This document shows, piece after piece, positions 49,268 to 62,264 of a DNA stretch of 64,000 bases; the first letter of the stretch is position 1; every line of letters starts with the position of its first letter. Where the stretch lies: the NCBI GenBank assembly GCA_032718475.1, contig JAUCBJ010000486.1, positions 7,610 to 71,609 on the forward strand, written 5' to 3'. The position numbers and the translations under genes were made by a program. The notes under the pieces are model-generated. The model made no database searches. It was not told the origin of the DNA and worked only from the letters and a program-made list of their open reading frames with translations. The stretch comes from Nemertoderma westbladi (taxonomy: Eukaryota; Animalia; Xenacoelomorpha).

Positions 49268-49854
49268 ATTGTAAGTGTAAGTGATACTGATGGGCTGGTA
49301 AAATGAGATATACATTTTTAAGGATTGATACTGATGTGCCACCAACAAACAGTATTTTTTTTACAAGTTAGGCCTAATAACGCCCTGTTGATTTTTTTGC
49401 AAAAATTTTTTAAAATAAATGTTTTACATTTTTTTAATTTAATGTTATTTGTTTGTAATTTAATTTAATTGTTATTTTTTTGTGATAATCATGGTCATGT
49501 GCCATCATACCGTGGCCGTATGGGCGTATGCGTGTACGGTCGCAAAACAACTGCATATTCCATTTGGCACCGTACGGTCATGTATACAGGTATATGAGGC
49601 CGTACGTTGACTTCACGGCCGCCGTACGACGTTGTCGTACGGTTGTCGTGCGGCCGAATTTAAATCCACCTTTACTGTATTATTACTGTATTACCAGATT
49701 ACAGTTTATCATTTCTACTGTCAGCGTTCAATTTGTACGGTAGCAGGTCGACAAAACTTCCTTTTCCTTAGCCAGTTAGTTGTAAAAGATTCCATTTGCG
49801 GATTTCTGGATTTGTATCTCTCTAATTTGCAATTACTTGTACTACTGAAAAACT

Positions 49855-50463
49855 ATGTCAATAGCCGGGAAAATTGTAATCCCAGGTCAGCAAATCGGAG
49901 ATACGCGAACGAATACGCCAGGTAGAGGTACCTACATTCACGACCGACTAATATACTCAACACTGTGCGGCAGAACAGTAGACACACCGGCTGGGACTGC
50001 TTCCGGTTCAGACAAAACCCTGCCGTTAATAGAAGTACAGCGATATCAAGGTGCCAACCTAACGCCCAGTCCAGGAGACTTGGTCACATGTAAAGTAATT
50101 AATTGCACCTCAAAGTCCGTGAAAGTTGAAATCCATCGAGTTAGAAACCACCAGTTGAAGGAGTCTTTTAAAGGTCTCATCCGCAGAGAGGATATCCGTG
50201 CCAGCGAGAAAGACCGAGTGGATGTTTCTCGGTGTTATCGCTGCGGAGACGTGGTTTTAGCTCGTGTTTTATCTACTGGAGACAGTCGATCCTACCTTCT
50301 GACTACTAGCGAGAACGAACTGGGGGTTGTCTCGGCGCGTAGCCAGGGCGGTAGTACTGCCATGGTGCCGGTATCCTGGTGTGAGATGATGGACCCTCAC
50401 ACTAGGAATACAGAGCCTCGGAAAGTGGCTAAAGTTCAACCTCATCATATTGTGTATAGCTGA
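49855..50463 (+). CDS. EXOSC1: Exosome complex component CSL4, uninterrupted ORF
   Basis: IVIPGQ..G....PGRGTY N-terminus; S1 domain PSPGDLVTCKV...FKGLIRREDIRASEKDRV...CYRCGDVVLARVLS; YLLTTSENELGVV; MVPVSWCEM.DP.T...EPRKVAKV. Confidence 0.96.
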   Translation: MSIAGKIVIPGQQIGDTRTNTPGRGTYIHDRLIYSTLCGRTVDTPAGTASGSDKTLPLIEVQRYQGANLTPSPGDLVTCKVINCTSKSVKVEIHRVRNHQLKESFKGLIRREDIRASEKDRVDVSRCYRCGDVVLARVLSTGDSRSYLLTTSENELGVVSARSQGGSTAMVPVSWCEMMDPHTRNTEPRKVAKVQPHHIVYS

Positions 50464-53400
50464 ATTCTTTAATATTCGACTTGAACCTGTAATAATATAA
50501 TTGCCGCGTTCTTGTCAGAACCACATAACTCGCGATTTTTTTAACCTAATTCAACAAACCATTTTTCATTTAAATATTGGAGGGGGGTGGGGGGTATCAC
50601 ATATCACAATCTAAATTAATCTCTCTCTAAGGGAAAAATCTATCAAAATTACTTCTAATTACCGGTGCTTTAAAGAAACTGTAACCTTTTCTATTGAGTT
50701 TCGTTTATTGTTTTGGTTATAATAACATGCCTGGTTCTTTCCCACCGTAATTGATTATTATCATTATTTTACAACAATTGTTATTTACATTCCAAATAAT
50801 AGCATTATGTAAAAAATATAATACAAGTAATAATTGAACAACTACGTAAATGGTGAGTAACATACTGAGATAATCCAGGCAATAGTTACTGTATTTCTGT
50901 TAGATTAATATAAGCGAATGATCCAAAATAAAATGTACGAGGCAGGTATTAGTTGTTAGTTATACAGTAGTTAGCTCGCTAGATAACTTAACTACTTCTA
51001 ACTTCTGAGAAATATGAAAAATATATAAAATATATTAAAATGTAAAAATAACATGTTAAATTGATTGCTAATTACTAAAATGACTGAAAGTTTATATGCA
51101 ACATGCGTACAGTGTTTGAAGGGGATCTATATGAATTGAATTAACATTCTCAGAATGTAATTAATTCCAGACTCATACATGACTGCCGGCAAAACGGTTT
51201 CTAGAGACAACTGTACCTTTACTTGTATACTGTACTTTGTTGTAGAACGGTTGAAAGTATGATAATATGTTAGAGTAGCTCTATTGGTTAGAAGAATAAT
51301 TACAGTAGACATAAAATACGAGTCTGGTGAAATCGTCTGTAAAAAGACAAATTGGCATTTGGTGAACGGACATTTCTGCATGCGGATTCTTGACATTGTC
51401 CTCCACTTTCTGGCGAATTGTTAAAGGTTGATGTGATTTTTGTGCAAAAATATAGACATATTGGGTGTACCGGTAGGCATATAAGGGCACTTGTGTAAAA
51501 TCATGTAAAGGAAATTTTCTGTACTTAAATAAAATTTACTAAAGGCAAAATGGCCAAAGATGGTGCCATTGCCACTAACTTATATCGATCATAGCATGTC
51601 AAGTACTGTGATATAAAACTGATAAATAGCTTTCACCAGGTACCAAATATATTTGACCAAAAAACCGACGAAATAGTGTTGAATGCGCTCCAACAAATGT
51701 TAAAGAACTGGGCGGAAACCCATCCACAATGGCTTGTATTAATGAAGGGGTTTTTTGAACCGAAGAAACTTCTGAGTAAGTTTGGAGCCAAATGTTTATC
51801 ACTAGCGCTATGTAGCACTGAGTTTGAATGGTATTCATGAAGTCTGCTAGTCCCGATACCAGGTAAGACCGGGCTAAGTAGGCATATACATAATACTTAG
51901 GCCTGTAAGCGTCACCGTACCGGTGACGCTTACATTCAGTATAACTTTCAGTTTATCGTTGTACCGGTAGGGTTGAGCTTCAGCTGATAGGTCTACTTGC
52001 ATCCCCCACTTGCACCCATCGAATTGTATCGTAAATCAGTGTATCGGTAGGCCTACTGATATTAGGATTCGCATCTATTCAGCGACTCAACCAATATTCA
52101 AATTGTCACATTCGACGGATAATATAACAACTTCGAATTCGTCTTAAATTTTACATTTACTTACAATACAGTAGTTTAAAACGACCGATGGAGTAATTGA
52201 AGAAATCTGATATATAAATTTTCAACTTTTTTCATAAACACCAAAGCTAAGTTATGGGAATATCTTGTGTGGCTGAAGTTGTCATCCACATAAATCCCAA
52301 ATTTGCTGATTGAAACTGGTGTACAAACAACATAATACTGAAATTGCCAACCAGCTAGGCGAACAACCTAGCTTCCAATTTCAGTAGAAGGGGATCAAGG
52401 ATATGCCTACGTACAGTATTTTATCAATTGATCTAAAGGCAGGTATAAATTATACTGCAGGTGGGAATATCGCCAATAAGACGTCGACGAGAATGAACAC
52501 GTCACGAGAGTCTATATAAGAGAGTGTAGAAATCTCTATTAGATATACGTAAACGTCATTCCCAACATAACAACGAGTGATGCTTTTAGTTTGCTTTAAA
52601 CTGGTTGTTAAAAACAGGTCCGTTTAGGTTTGCCCTTACTCGCTTTAACTGTCATTTGTAAACCTACAGTACTAACTAGGGCTAATTAAGTTAAGTATGA
52701 CTTTTTAGTTTTACGAGACAGGGGGGGGGGGGGGGGGGGACTGGACGCAAATCCATCTTGGCGAATTAATATCCCGCCTCAATGTTAAATTCTCAATTTA
52801 GGGAAAGGAGCAGATTACAGTGGCACATTATTAATTTAAACAAATAAAATGAACTAAACACAATAGAACAGGTTACAGTTTTATTTTTGAGCGTAATCAA
52901 CTGTTATTTGCGTCGAATTTCCCCTGGAGAGGGATTAATTTTTATTGCGTCGAAAGTACCCCCTATCTGAGTTTTACAATACTCGTCTTCTTCATTAGCC
53001 TCGTTGTGCTCGACGACCTTTATGACTATGCAAAGTCTCGAAACTGTGCGAGTCCGAGTAACTGCTGATTTATAGCAGATGGATACTCGTATCCACTGCA
53101 CAATTCGTTGCGTTCGTCATATACAACCTGGTCACCAAATACCTTACAACATGCCATTATCAGTATTGGATAAAATGACATATCGTCCAATAAGCTAATT
53201 ATTTATAAGCTAGTATTGTTAAAAACAGTAGGCCCTACTCGTTATTAGGAGTATAGTCAACACAGCTACTTGTCTTTATTACAACCCTCGTTGCAGTCGT
53301 CCTGTACATCTGGTTACCAACATACTGTAACTAGCATAAAACATTCCACCATCGGTACTGAACTAAATGACATATCGTTCAATATGCTAAACAAGGTTGT

Positions 53401-54229
53401 TTATGAGTATTGTCAAAACAATTCTCGTCTCCTTCATTAGCTTCGTTGCGCTCGTCCTGAAGGCCCCACGCAAATTATATTTGGAGAATTCAGAAACTTT
53501 TGTCAACAACATGTGTAGGCCTAACAACTCAATGAGGATTAGCTGAGTTATTAACGTTTAAAAACACGGATCTACAGACACACCGATTGAGTTAGTGGTG
53601 CACCCGTAATGCTAAGCTCGCTTACTTTCGTGGCTCGCCCCACAGGTTGATTACCAATTACTTCAATTTCTTATCCACATTGCCAATTATGTTTTTTTTA
53701 AATCATATTAAATATGTTTAAATTTCCGAATATAATTACATACGGTATGGTACTACTAATCGTAATAAAACGAATCGTAATACGATACTAAGTTCGTGCA
53801 ATCTCAAAAGCTTTTCCGCGGATCTACAGTAACCTGAGCTTTCTTATCGGACTTCCACTAACCACAGTAAATTACTGGATAAATTTAACGATTATTTTTA
53901 TTGTAATTTTGATTAGAAAACTTACATTGATTAATAATTTCTAGAAAAAGATTGTTTTCAAGTTTATAATTATTGTCTTTGTAGATTTATTTTCGAACAC
54001 AACCATTCAAACTAATAATACATCGGAGAGTTTGCTGCTTTACTGTAGCTATATAATGAATCGGACAAAATTAGAAGATACATTTCCTCTATTTCTTCAC
54101 ATCAACGATATTAAATCAACGTCTTTCGTCAGAATTTAAATACATCGTAATAAGATACAGTATTATGTTTGCCTATAATATACAACATTAATACATATAT
54201 TGCTTGAATGTTAAAGAACAAAAGTGTTA

Positions 54230-54418
54230 TTATTTGAAGAAGCAACTTATAGTAGGAGGACAGACAGGGTTGCATGGGTCGCCGTTCCATTTGCAGGATC
54301 TCTTAACTTCATCCTGGTCATCGTCTACGAATTCCGCTGTTTCAGGGACCTCATCAGCGTTTGCAGATAATGAACCCTGACGTTGGTGGTGGTGGTTACC
54401 TTTTAATAGATCAGCAAC
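54230..54418 (-). CDS. Probable terminal coding exon of an unidentified spliced gene
   Basis: GC-elevated island; minus-strand acceptor ATCCTACAG|GTT, then 62 open codons to TAA. Confidence 0.4.
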   Translation of the reverse strand, partial: VADLLKGNHHHQRQGSLSANADEVPETAEFVDDDQDEVKRSCKWNGDPCNPVCPPTISCFFK

Positions 54419-55754
54419 CTGTAGGATAATCACAGAAAATGTAATTTAATGGATTAATCAGCTAGACTCTCCATGTTTATTCGGTTATATGGAATTTTAA
54501 ATAATTATCAGGTTTAGACAACGTTTTGATTTTAATTTAAACATAACAGTATTTATTAAATTCTTGGAGTTAATGGCGCAAATGACCGCTAGCACCAAAT
54601 ACAGTATGCTTTTAGTTGGTTAACAAACTTACTTTAATATAATTTAAAACATTAGGAGAAAGGAATAGGATACAGTGTTGTTTTTCTAACCAAAACAATA
54701 AACCAAACTTTATTTCATATGAGAAGGTTTTGTAGAGTGCGGTTACCACAAATCAAATGTTCCTAATTGGAAAAATTTATTATAACTACGTAATTGTATT
54801 ATGTGCTAATTAATAGGTGATCGCACTAGGGCCCTTTAGAATAATACATCGCGGTGTTTTCTGGGACTATAGTAAAGTAAATTATAAGCCAGGCAATAGA
54901 AACCATCAGTATTCTAGTGTCCATTAATTAAATATAAGGTTATTTTTGAGTAGTTTTTTAAGTATACAGTATTGAGTAACAGAAGGTACAATGGAGATGA
55001 TCACCCATGACGTTGCTAGATCATCCGCATCTTCAAGGCCAGTGTCCTTTAATAGGCGTCTAAGAAATTCCTGGGCTGTCCACCATGCTTATACAGTCCA
55101 TGAGGCCGCCAAAGCACAAGATTATGCACTGGGTGCGGTCTTCACGGCGAAAGCAATGTCCTACAAAGAGGAGGCGGTTCCGTTCAAGTGTGAAACTAGG
55201 GGAGACTCTTGAAATACCTCCAAGGTTATGTGGAGTCTGATTGGATATGTGTTCATAGAACAGTTGTTGTACTTGACAGAATAAACCCGGCACCCTACCT
55301 AATGATATATAGATCACAATTTTAAACGGATCGTGATATATCGAAGGTACATATGCCATACAATAGGCGCACCACAATGCCATACCACTATATAGTGTTT
55401 TGTTTCACGTTGCAAAATGTTTTTTTTTTCAACAAATGAGCAGCTACCAAGATTTAACCAGGAAGAAACCTGTCAAATTAGGCCTATTTATAATATGAGT
55501 GGGCCTACAGTAGGCCTTGGTACATAGTTTCAGTAAATAGTGATTGTGAACGACTTTCCCTAATTCACTTTCACTACATGTTGTCATACAATATAGTAGT
55601 ATTAAGTATTCCTCCGTATTTTTCCAAAATAATAACTTTATATGTGTTTAAGAACGTGCGCGAAATAGCTCAATGTCCGCGTCTACTAACGCATAAACAG
55701 TCTCCTTTAATGGCTTACTACCAATCTTTTAACCAAAAAAAATTCGCCATAAAA

Positions 55755-55817
55755 GGGGGATGTACTCGGTACCTATAGATTCCAAATCCCACGCTCTACC
55801 AACTTTGCCATTGCGCC
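55755..55817 (-). mobile_element. Degenerate tRNA-derived SINE head
   Basis: Minus strand GGCGCAATGGCAAAGTTGGTAGAGCGTGGGATTTGGAATC...; A-box-like motif, decayed B box. Confidence 0.35.
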
Positions 55818-57318
55818 GTAGGAAGCCTTATGAAACCTAACTAGAAATTGACAGCAACACCACCACCACGCACCATCCACAACAACGGCGTGGGTGCTAG
55901 AGGTCTCCCTATGCAGACCTTAAAACCTGTAATTATAAATCACAACCTGAATATAAATATTATGTCAAAAACGACAATATAGCCGTTCTAAGTAAATAGT
56001 TAAATTACTGTAACTTAAATTAAACCCATTAATTAACACAATTAGCATTAGTTCTACTGTACTGTACCAGTAGTATCATCATTAGTAACGCGAAGTCATG
56101 TAAGTCCCATAGAAACCTCTAACCAGAAATGTACGTGCAGTAGGTCCCTACTGTATACCGATAGTATATGCAGAGTCTGTAAAGTAGGATATTATTTGGT
56201 GCAACTACTGTACTGTATGAAAGGTTTTAATTTTTAGAATTACTTTAGTTAATAATTTATTTTGAATAATTAATAATAAATTATTCCAATGAAAACTCCA
56301 TTTACAGTAAATTAATAAATTCATCCAAGGGTAGAAAAAAGTGTAAATATGGCCAGGCCACCTTACACGTGTGTGTACTGTATACTAAACATTCTGTAGC
56401 CGCAGTAGACAGTGTTCATTTCTAAATAATGCAGATGTCTAAATACCAAATTCATCTAAGTACCACAAGTACAATCTTGTGCACAGGCCTACCTATACTG
56501 TAGGCACATTAGGATGCCGGTAGGGCTCTCTCTCGGTTGAGTACAGTGTGAGGCTGTTGTATACAACTGTTTTGGTTATACTGTATACACTAAATTAGGA
56601 TTTAGGCCAACACTGTCAGACTGTTGTGTACTACCGCTACTTAAATTCTTCCAAAATGTTGGTCCTCAAAAATATACTGCATGTTAAATGGTGCTTGTCT
56701 GCTAATAGCTACTGCCAGGGCCGGATTTAGAGTGGTGGGTCAGTTCGGGTCAGGCCGGGTCAGTAGTGGTGGGGGGCCTGGGCCTGGGCTCTACTGTATG
56801 GGGTTTGCACATACGGCGCTGAGCACTTCTCATATACTATACTGAAAGGTACATTTTCTCTCGTTTTCATTACCCTAACATTTCCAGCTATTTATTGCAA
56901 ATACCTTTCAAAGAAACCTGAATGTAAATACATTATATTAGTACGGATCTGAGTCAGAAAATGTTTGGAAATTTTCGTAAATTTCCTATATATTTTTCCG
57001 AAAATTGACGATTTTATTAATTACTTTATTTAGCACATCTGAAAACATGTAGTAAAACAAAAGTAGAGTAAACACTAGTGACTAATCAGGAGGGCAGGGT
57101 GCAGCAATGCAGAAGGCCGTAGTACATATGTACTGCTGTATAATCAGGATGGATATAATGAAACATAACATAACATAACTAAGATAGCTACGCCATCTAG
57201 CGGGCCAAAGGCGTAGGGCTTATGATGTTACTACACATACCCCTCTTTAGGTGGGGTGGGGTTGGCGTTAGCGCCTCAAAACAAATAGTTTATAAACAAT
57301 TTATTGCGGAGTTACGGG

Positions 57319-60300
57319 TTACTCTAGTTTGTTATACTCGCTGTTCGAGTAACATAAGGGCGGTTTTATTATTCTCCCCGACCTAGTCTGGATCGGAGGG
57401 GTAACCGGTTGTGGGGCTGGCTGTGGCCTGGCGGCCATTTCAGCCCACGTTGGCTGTGGTAGGGCCGGTGTCGGAGGTGCCACTGGCTGCCTCGGTGTCT
57501 CTGGTTGAGGGGGGTCGCCCTGTGGTGGGGTCGGGGTGGCGCACCCCGTAGTGAAGTGGCGCTGCCGGAGTAGAATGCGGTTCCGGCGGAGTACGCGGCC
57601 ACTGGTCTGTCGGACCAGGTAGTCGTGGTTGGGGAGGCCCTCAGCGATGGTTCCCTGGCCAGTCCAGCGTTTAGTTGTCGGGTCCTGGATGAGGACTGGT
57701 GTCCCAACCGGCATAGCCTTAAGGCTGCGGGCGTGGCCGTCGTAATTTGCCGCGAGCTGGTTTTGATTGGTCGCGGATGTGGCGTCGAGCTCTGTGAAGG
57801 TCTTTTGCCACTTGGGATCAAATGCGGTGAAGTGGACGGGTAGGGCCTCCCTGACATTGCGGCCGTATAAAAGTTCTGCCTGGGAGCGGCCGCCGTAACG
57901 CGAGGTGTTGCGGAAGGCGAGGATGCCCTTCGCGATCTCGTCGGAGTTGTGGCGCGCCATGCGGACCAACTTCTTTAGTGCTTTGACGGCCGCTTCGGCG
58001 CGGCCGTTGGTGCGTGGTAGGTAGGGCGTAGAGGGCTCCAGTCGGACACCCCAGTTGGACAGGAATGACCGGACGGCGTTGGACACCAGCTGGGGCCCGT
58101 TGTCTACACGGATAACGGTCGGTACCGCAGTGGCCAAGAAGAGGCGGCGGAGGCAGTCGATTATTACTGGGGAGGTTGAGTTCTGGCCGAGTTTTTAAAG
58201 GGTAGGCCAGCCGGTGAATTCGTCGGTCACAACGAGGTAGTTGGTGCCATCTAGGACAAATATGTCGGTGTGTACTCTTTGGAACGGGCGGGTGGCGTCC
58301 GGGTTCCATTGGAGTGGCTTGGGTGGGTGCGATGGGAGGGCTGCCTGACAGGGTTGGCAGCGCTCGACCGTCTGTTTGATGTCGTTGGGTATGGAGGGCC
58401 ACCAGACGGAGCGACACGCCCTCTCCCGAGTTTTAGTGAGTCCCTGGTGGGCGGCGTGGAGTAGCCGGAGCGTCTTGGGATGGAGTTCGACAGGGATATA
58501 GAGCTGGGGCCCGTGGAGAATGACGCCATCATGCACCATCAGCTCCGAGCGGAACTGGAAGTAGGGCCACAGCTGGTCGTCGGTGACGTTGTGTTTAGAC
58601 GTCGGCCAGCTGTCCCGGATGGTGGCGAGGAGTGCGCGGTACACGGAGTCGCGCTGCCCGGCCTCCTGGATCTGGTCGAGCCGCGCGTCCCGAGATTCGA
58701 CCGACGGGGTGGCGGCGGATGTGGCGACGGCCGCGGAGACGATAAACTCCAGGTCGGTGTCATCTTCCGGGGTGAGGAGGATGTCGTCGGAGGTTGGGGA
58801 GTTCCGGGGGGCGTGGGAGAAGGCGTCGGCGATTAAGTGTTTACTGCCACGTTGGTGGCGGGCGGTGAAGTTGAAGCGCGAAATCAATGTCTTTAACTTC
58901 AGCAGCCGATCGTTGCTGACCTGGTCCAACTGGCGGTCGTTCAGGATGGGGATCAGGGGGCTGCTATCGGTGATGAGCTCGAAGTGGCGGAGCCCGTTGA
59001 GGAAGTAGCGGCACTTGCGGGCCGCCCACGCAGCGCCGAGGGCCTCCAGTTCCGCCATCCCCGACCAGTTGGCCTCGTGTGTGGCCAGGGTGCGCGAGCC
59101 GCACTGGACGGTGCGCCAACGTTTGGCGTCGGAGTCCCACTGGCGGAGCAGAAACCCGAGGCCGTTCAGTCGGGAGGCGTCCATCAGCAGCTCGGTTCGG
59201 CGGTCCGGGTGGAACTCCAACAGGTAGTGCGGACTCGACAGGGTTGACCGGTTCGCCTCGAACGCAGCCTGGTGTTGGGGGAGCCAGACCCAGGAGTTGA
59301 GGGGAACGGAGCGTAGGTTAGGAGGTTAGCGAATGGAGCGGGTCGACGAGTCGGGTTATCTCCGCCGTTGAGTTCCTGAGCTGCTGGGTGAGTCCGAGGA
59401 ACGAGCGGAGCTGACGGCGGTTCGTCGGGACCGGGAAGTAGCGGAGGTCGTCGGAGAGGGCCGGGTCAATCCGGTAGCGGCTGTGGGAGACCAGGTAGCC
59501 GCCGAACCGGACCTCGGCCTGTTTGAACTGGACCTTCGCCGTGTTTATGGAGATCGACGAGGCGTCGCAGGCGGCCAGGATGCGGGCCACTGCCTCGGAG
59601 TGCTCCTCCGCCGTGTCGGTGTAGATAATGATGTCTTCAACGATCCTCCCGATGTTTGGGATTCCTCGGAGGGCTTTATCCATCCAGGCGTTGAAGACAT
59701 CAGAGCTACCATGCCAACCCATTGGCATCCGGCGGTAGCGGAACCGGCCTCGAGGCGTCACAAAGGTGGTCAGTCGGCGACTGGAGGAGTCCAACCCGAC
59801 CTGGTGGAAGCCCTTGAGGCCGTCGAGCACCGAGAAGACGCGGGCGGATGTTGGGATCCGGGAGACGACCTGGAAGGGAGCGGCGGAGTAGTAGGTGGGA
59901 CGCACAGTGGCCTTATTGAGTTCCCGGAGGCCTACCGTGATCCGCACCTTGGTGGCGTCCTTCTTTTTGGTGACCACCATGGGGCTGAGCCACTCGCCGT
60001 GGTTCTGCTCGTCCGCAGCGGGCTCGAGGATTCCCATGGCGACCTGCTCGTCCAGCTCGCGGTTGAAGGCGGCCTAGAGGTTGACGGGGACGGCGCGGTT
60101 CGTGTAGGAGTTGGTGGGCCAGGCGCCCGGGTGGAGTTTGATTGTAATATCCCCCCCCCCCCCCAGGGACATTGCACGGCATTTCCCCGATAGGGGGCGG
60201 GGGAAACGCTGTTGTAGGGCCGCCCAAGCCGCGGTGTTGGTGTTGGTTGGCACCGTGGATGGCGGCGTGGGTGGTTCTGGGGGCGGCGGGGTTGCCTCCT

Positions 60301-61759
60301 CCCTGGGCACCGATAGCGGGGGCGCGATCATCTGGTAGGACCGTGGGGTGCGGCCGGGGGGGCGGTGGTGGGCCGTTGGAGTAGCAGCCGCCACGGAGGA
60401 TCGGGCTCTGGATGATGGCCAGTAGGAAACAGGCCTTCCTCGACAGTAGCGGCTGCTGCAGCCCGTCGATGACCCACACATCCGTGGTGCAGGCGGTGTG
60501 GAGGGCGGGGCACTGGAGGGTCGCAGTGAAGATCCTGATCACTGTCCACCCGGAGCGGCACCCATTGGCCAGTCGCGGCACTTTGGGGGGCGGTTGGGTG
60601 GTCCGGAGGTTCTCCGTCGTCCCGCCGAAGGAGCGGAAGGTGGGGAGCGGGAGCGCGGTGATGTTCGCTCCGGAGTCTGGGACGAACTGCGCCGCTGCGA
60701 TCCCGAAGTTCGGGTTCTTCGCACCTGGAACCCGACAGTGACGGTCTCCGGAGGCTCCAGGGACTCCATAGCCAAGACGATGGGGGCGTCTTCCAGTTCG
60801 GCGCCCGCCAGGATGGACCACACCTCGGCGCAGTTCGCCGTGGTGCATGAGTCGTCGGCGGGGCCGGTGGCAGCGTGGGCGCGCAGTTCGCCGGAGTTGC
60901 TCGGGCACATCTGGTCGTAGTGCCCAGTCGTGCCGCAGTGGCGGCACATTGCCTTTATTCCCGGGCACGTCTTTCCGGCCGGGTGCGGTGTGTATCCGCA
61001 CTGGGGGCAGAGGGAGGGCGGTTGAAGTTGGTTGCGGCAGTTGTGGGTGCGCCGGCCTCCCGGCGTCGGAGCAGGGTGGGTCGCCATGCTGCGGGATGCG
61101 GTGGCCTTGGGGGTGGCGGTGTTGAAGGAGGCGGCGTCCTTCTGCGCCGTCCAAATGGATTGAGCCCATCTGAGAGCGTCGGAGAGGGTCGCTCCATTCT
61201 TGAGGCGGAGGAGTTGCTCCGTCACCTCGCAGTCGTTGAACCCCGCCACGAACTGGTCGAGCAACTGTTCGTTGATGTGGGCCTCCGCGGTGGGGAGGGC
61301 GACGAACCGGCACTTGGTGGCGAGGTCACGGAGGTGGACGAGGAATGTCTCCGGGGTTTCCTCGGGGAGTCTTTGGCGGCGGGAGAGTTCCTGGCAGTGG
61401 ACGCGGACGTTCGTCCCGCCGTCGATGTGGACTTCCAGTCTATCGATGACGGTGGTGGCATTACAGTTCTCCTCCGGTGTGAGGGCGAGTCCCTTGACCA
61501 CGGCGTTGGTGGCGCGCGTAAAGGCGGTCATGAGGGCGGCTCGTCGTTGTCACTGGGTAGCGCGGAGGAGGACTGCCGATAGAGCTGGGTCGGGTTGGGC
61601 GGCGGGGTCGGCTTCGTGGAGGTTCTCCAGGCCGGAGGTGACGAGGAAGGCCTCCCATTCGTCGCGCCATAATGCCCTGGTGAGGCGCTCGGTTTCGATG
61701 TCGAACAGGGGCGGATTACCTCGAAGAATGAAGCTTCTCGGATCGCGGTGGTCCGACAT
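57319..61759 (-). pseudogene. Gypsy gag-pol, frameshifted
   Basis: Gag W...WEAFL..SGL; double knuckle CPQCGYTPH..C / CRHCGTTGH..C; PR FVPDSGA; RT LDGLKGFHQV, RMPMG, IVEDII; RNase H MDAS..GLG, ELEALG; IN H..HQG..C..C, DNGPQ, NGRAEAAVK. Confidence 0.93.
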
Positions 61760-61822
61760 CTTCAATAGTGTTGACAGATTGGCGTTGAGTGAGTTGGGTG
61801 GTGTTGGTAGGTCGAACCTAAA

Positions 61823-61831
61823 GCTGCGCCA
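61823..61831 (-). other. tRNA primer-binding site of the Gypsy element (probably tRNA-Ser)
   Basis: TGGCGCAGC directly after the 5' LTR, complementary to a ...GCUGCG-CCA tRNA 3' end. Confidence 0.75.
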
Positions 61832-62264
61832 TGACTAATCAGGAGGGCAGGGTGCAGCAATGCAGAAGGCCGTAGTACGTATGTACGTATCAGGATAATC
61901 AGGATGGATATAATGAAACATAACATAACATAACTAAGATAGCGTCACCTTCAAGGCAGAACCCCCCAAGTCGATTTTTTTCGATTTTCATGTTTTTGAC
62001 TTTTTGGGTAATTCGATATCGGATTTTTCGTCTGGCAGAACACCGAAGCTTTTCTACCAGCCATTTTTGAGTTATAAGCCAAAGACAGTTCCCCCTAACT
62101 TATGCCCACTTCGAGGCAGAACCCCCCAAGTCAATAATTGGCTTGCAAAACACCGTAAATTCAAGTATATGAAATTCAGTCCACCTGGCAAAACCCCTTA
62201 AATCAGAAATAACAACCTGTAAAACCCCTTAAATCAGAAACAATAGCCTGGCAAAACCCCGTAA

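Larger units (their letters stand above)
57079..61943 (-). mobile_element. Ty3/Gypsy LTR retrotransposon (Mag-like), GC-rich, 5' LTR truncated
   Basis: 3' LTR 57079-57235 (157 bp, TG...CA); partial 5' LTR 61832-61943; PPT AAAGAGGGG next to the 3' LTR; PBS TGGCGCAGC. Confidence 0.93.

Noticed and set aside
54335-54360. CTGATGA...GAAA on the minus strand as a hammerhead
   Set aside because: Only 7 nt separate the core motifs, with no credible stem II, and it lies in a probable coding exon.
59483-61838. Long plus-strand ORFs over the Gypsy element
   Set aside because: Antisense shadows expected in GC-rich coding DNA.
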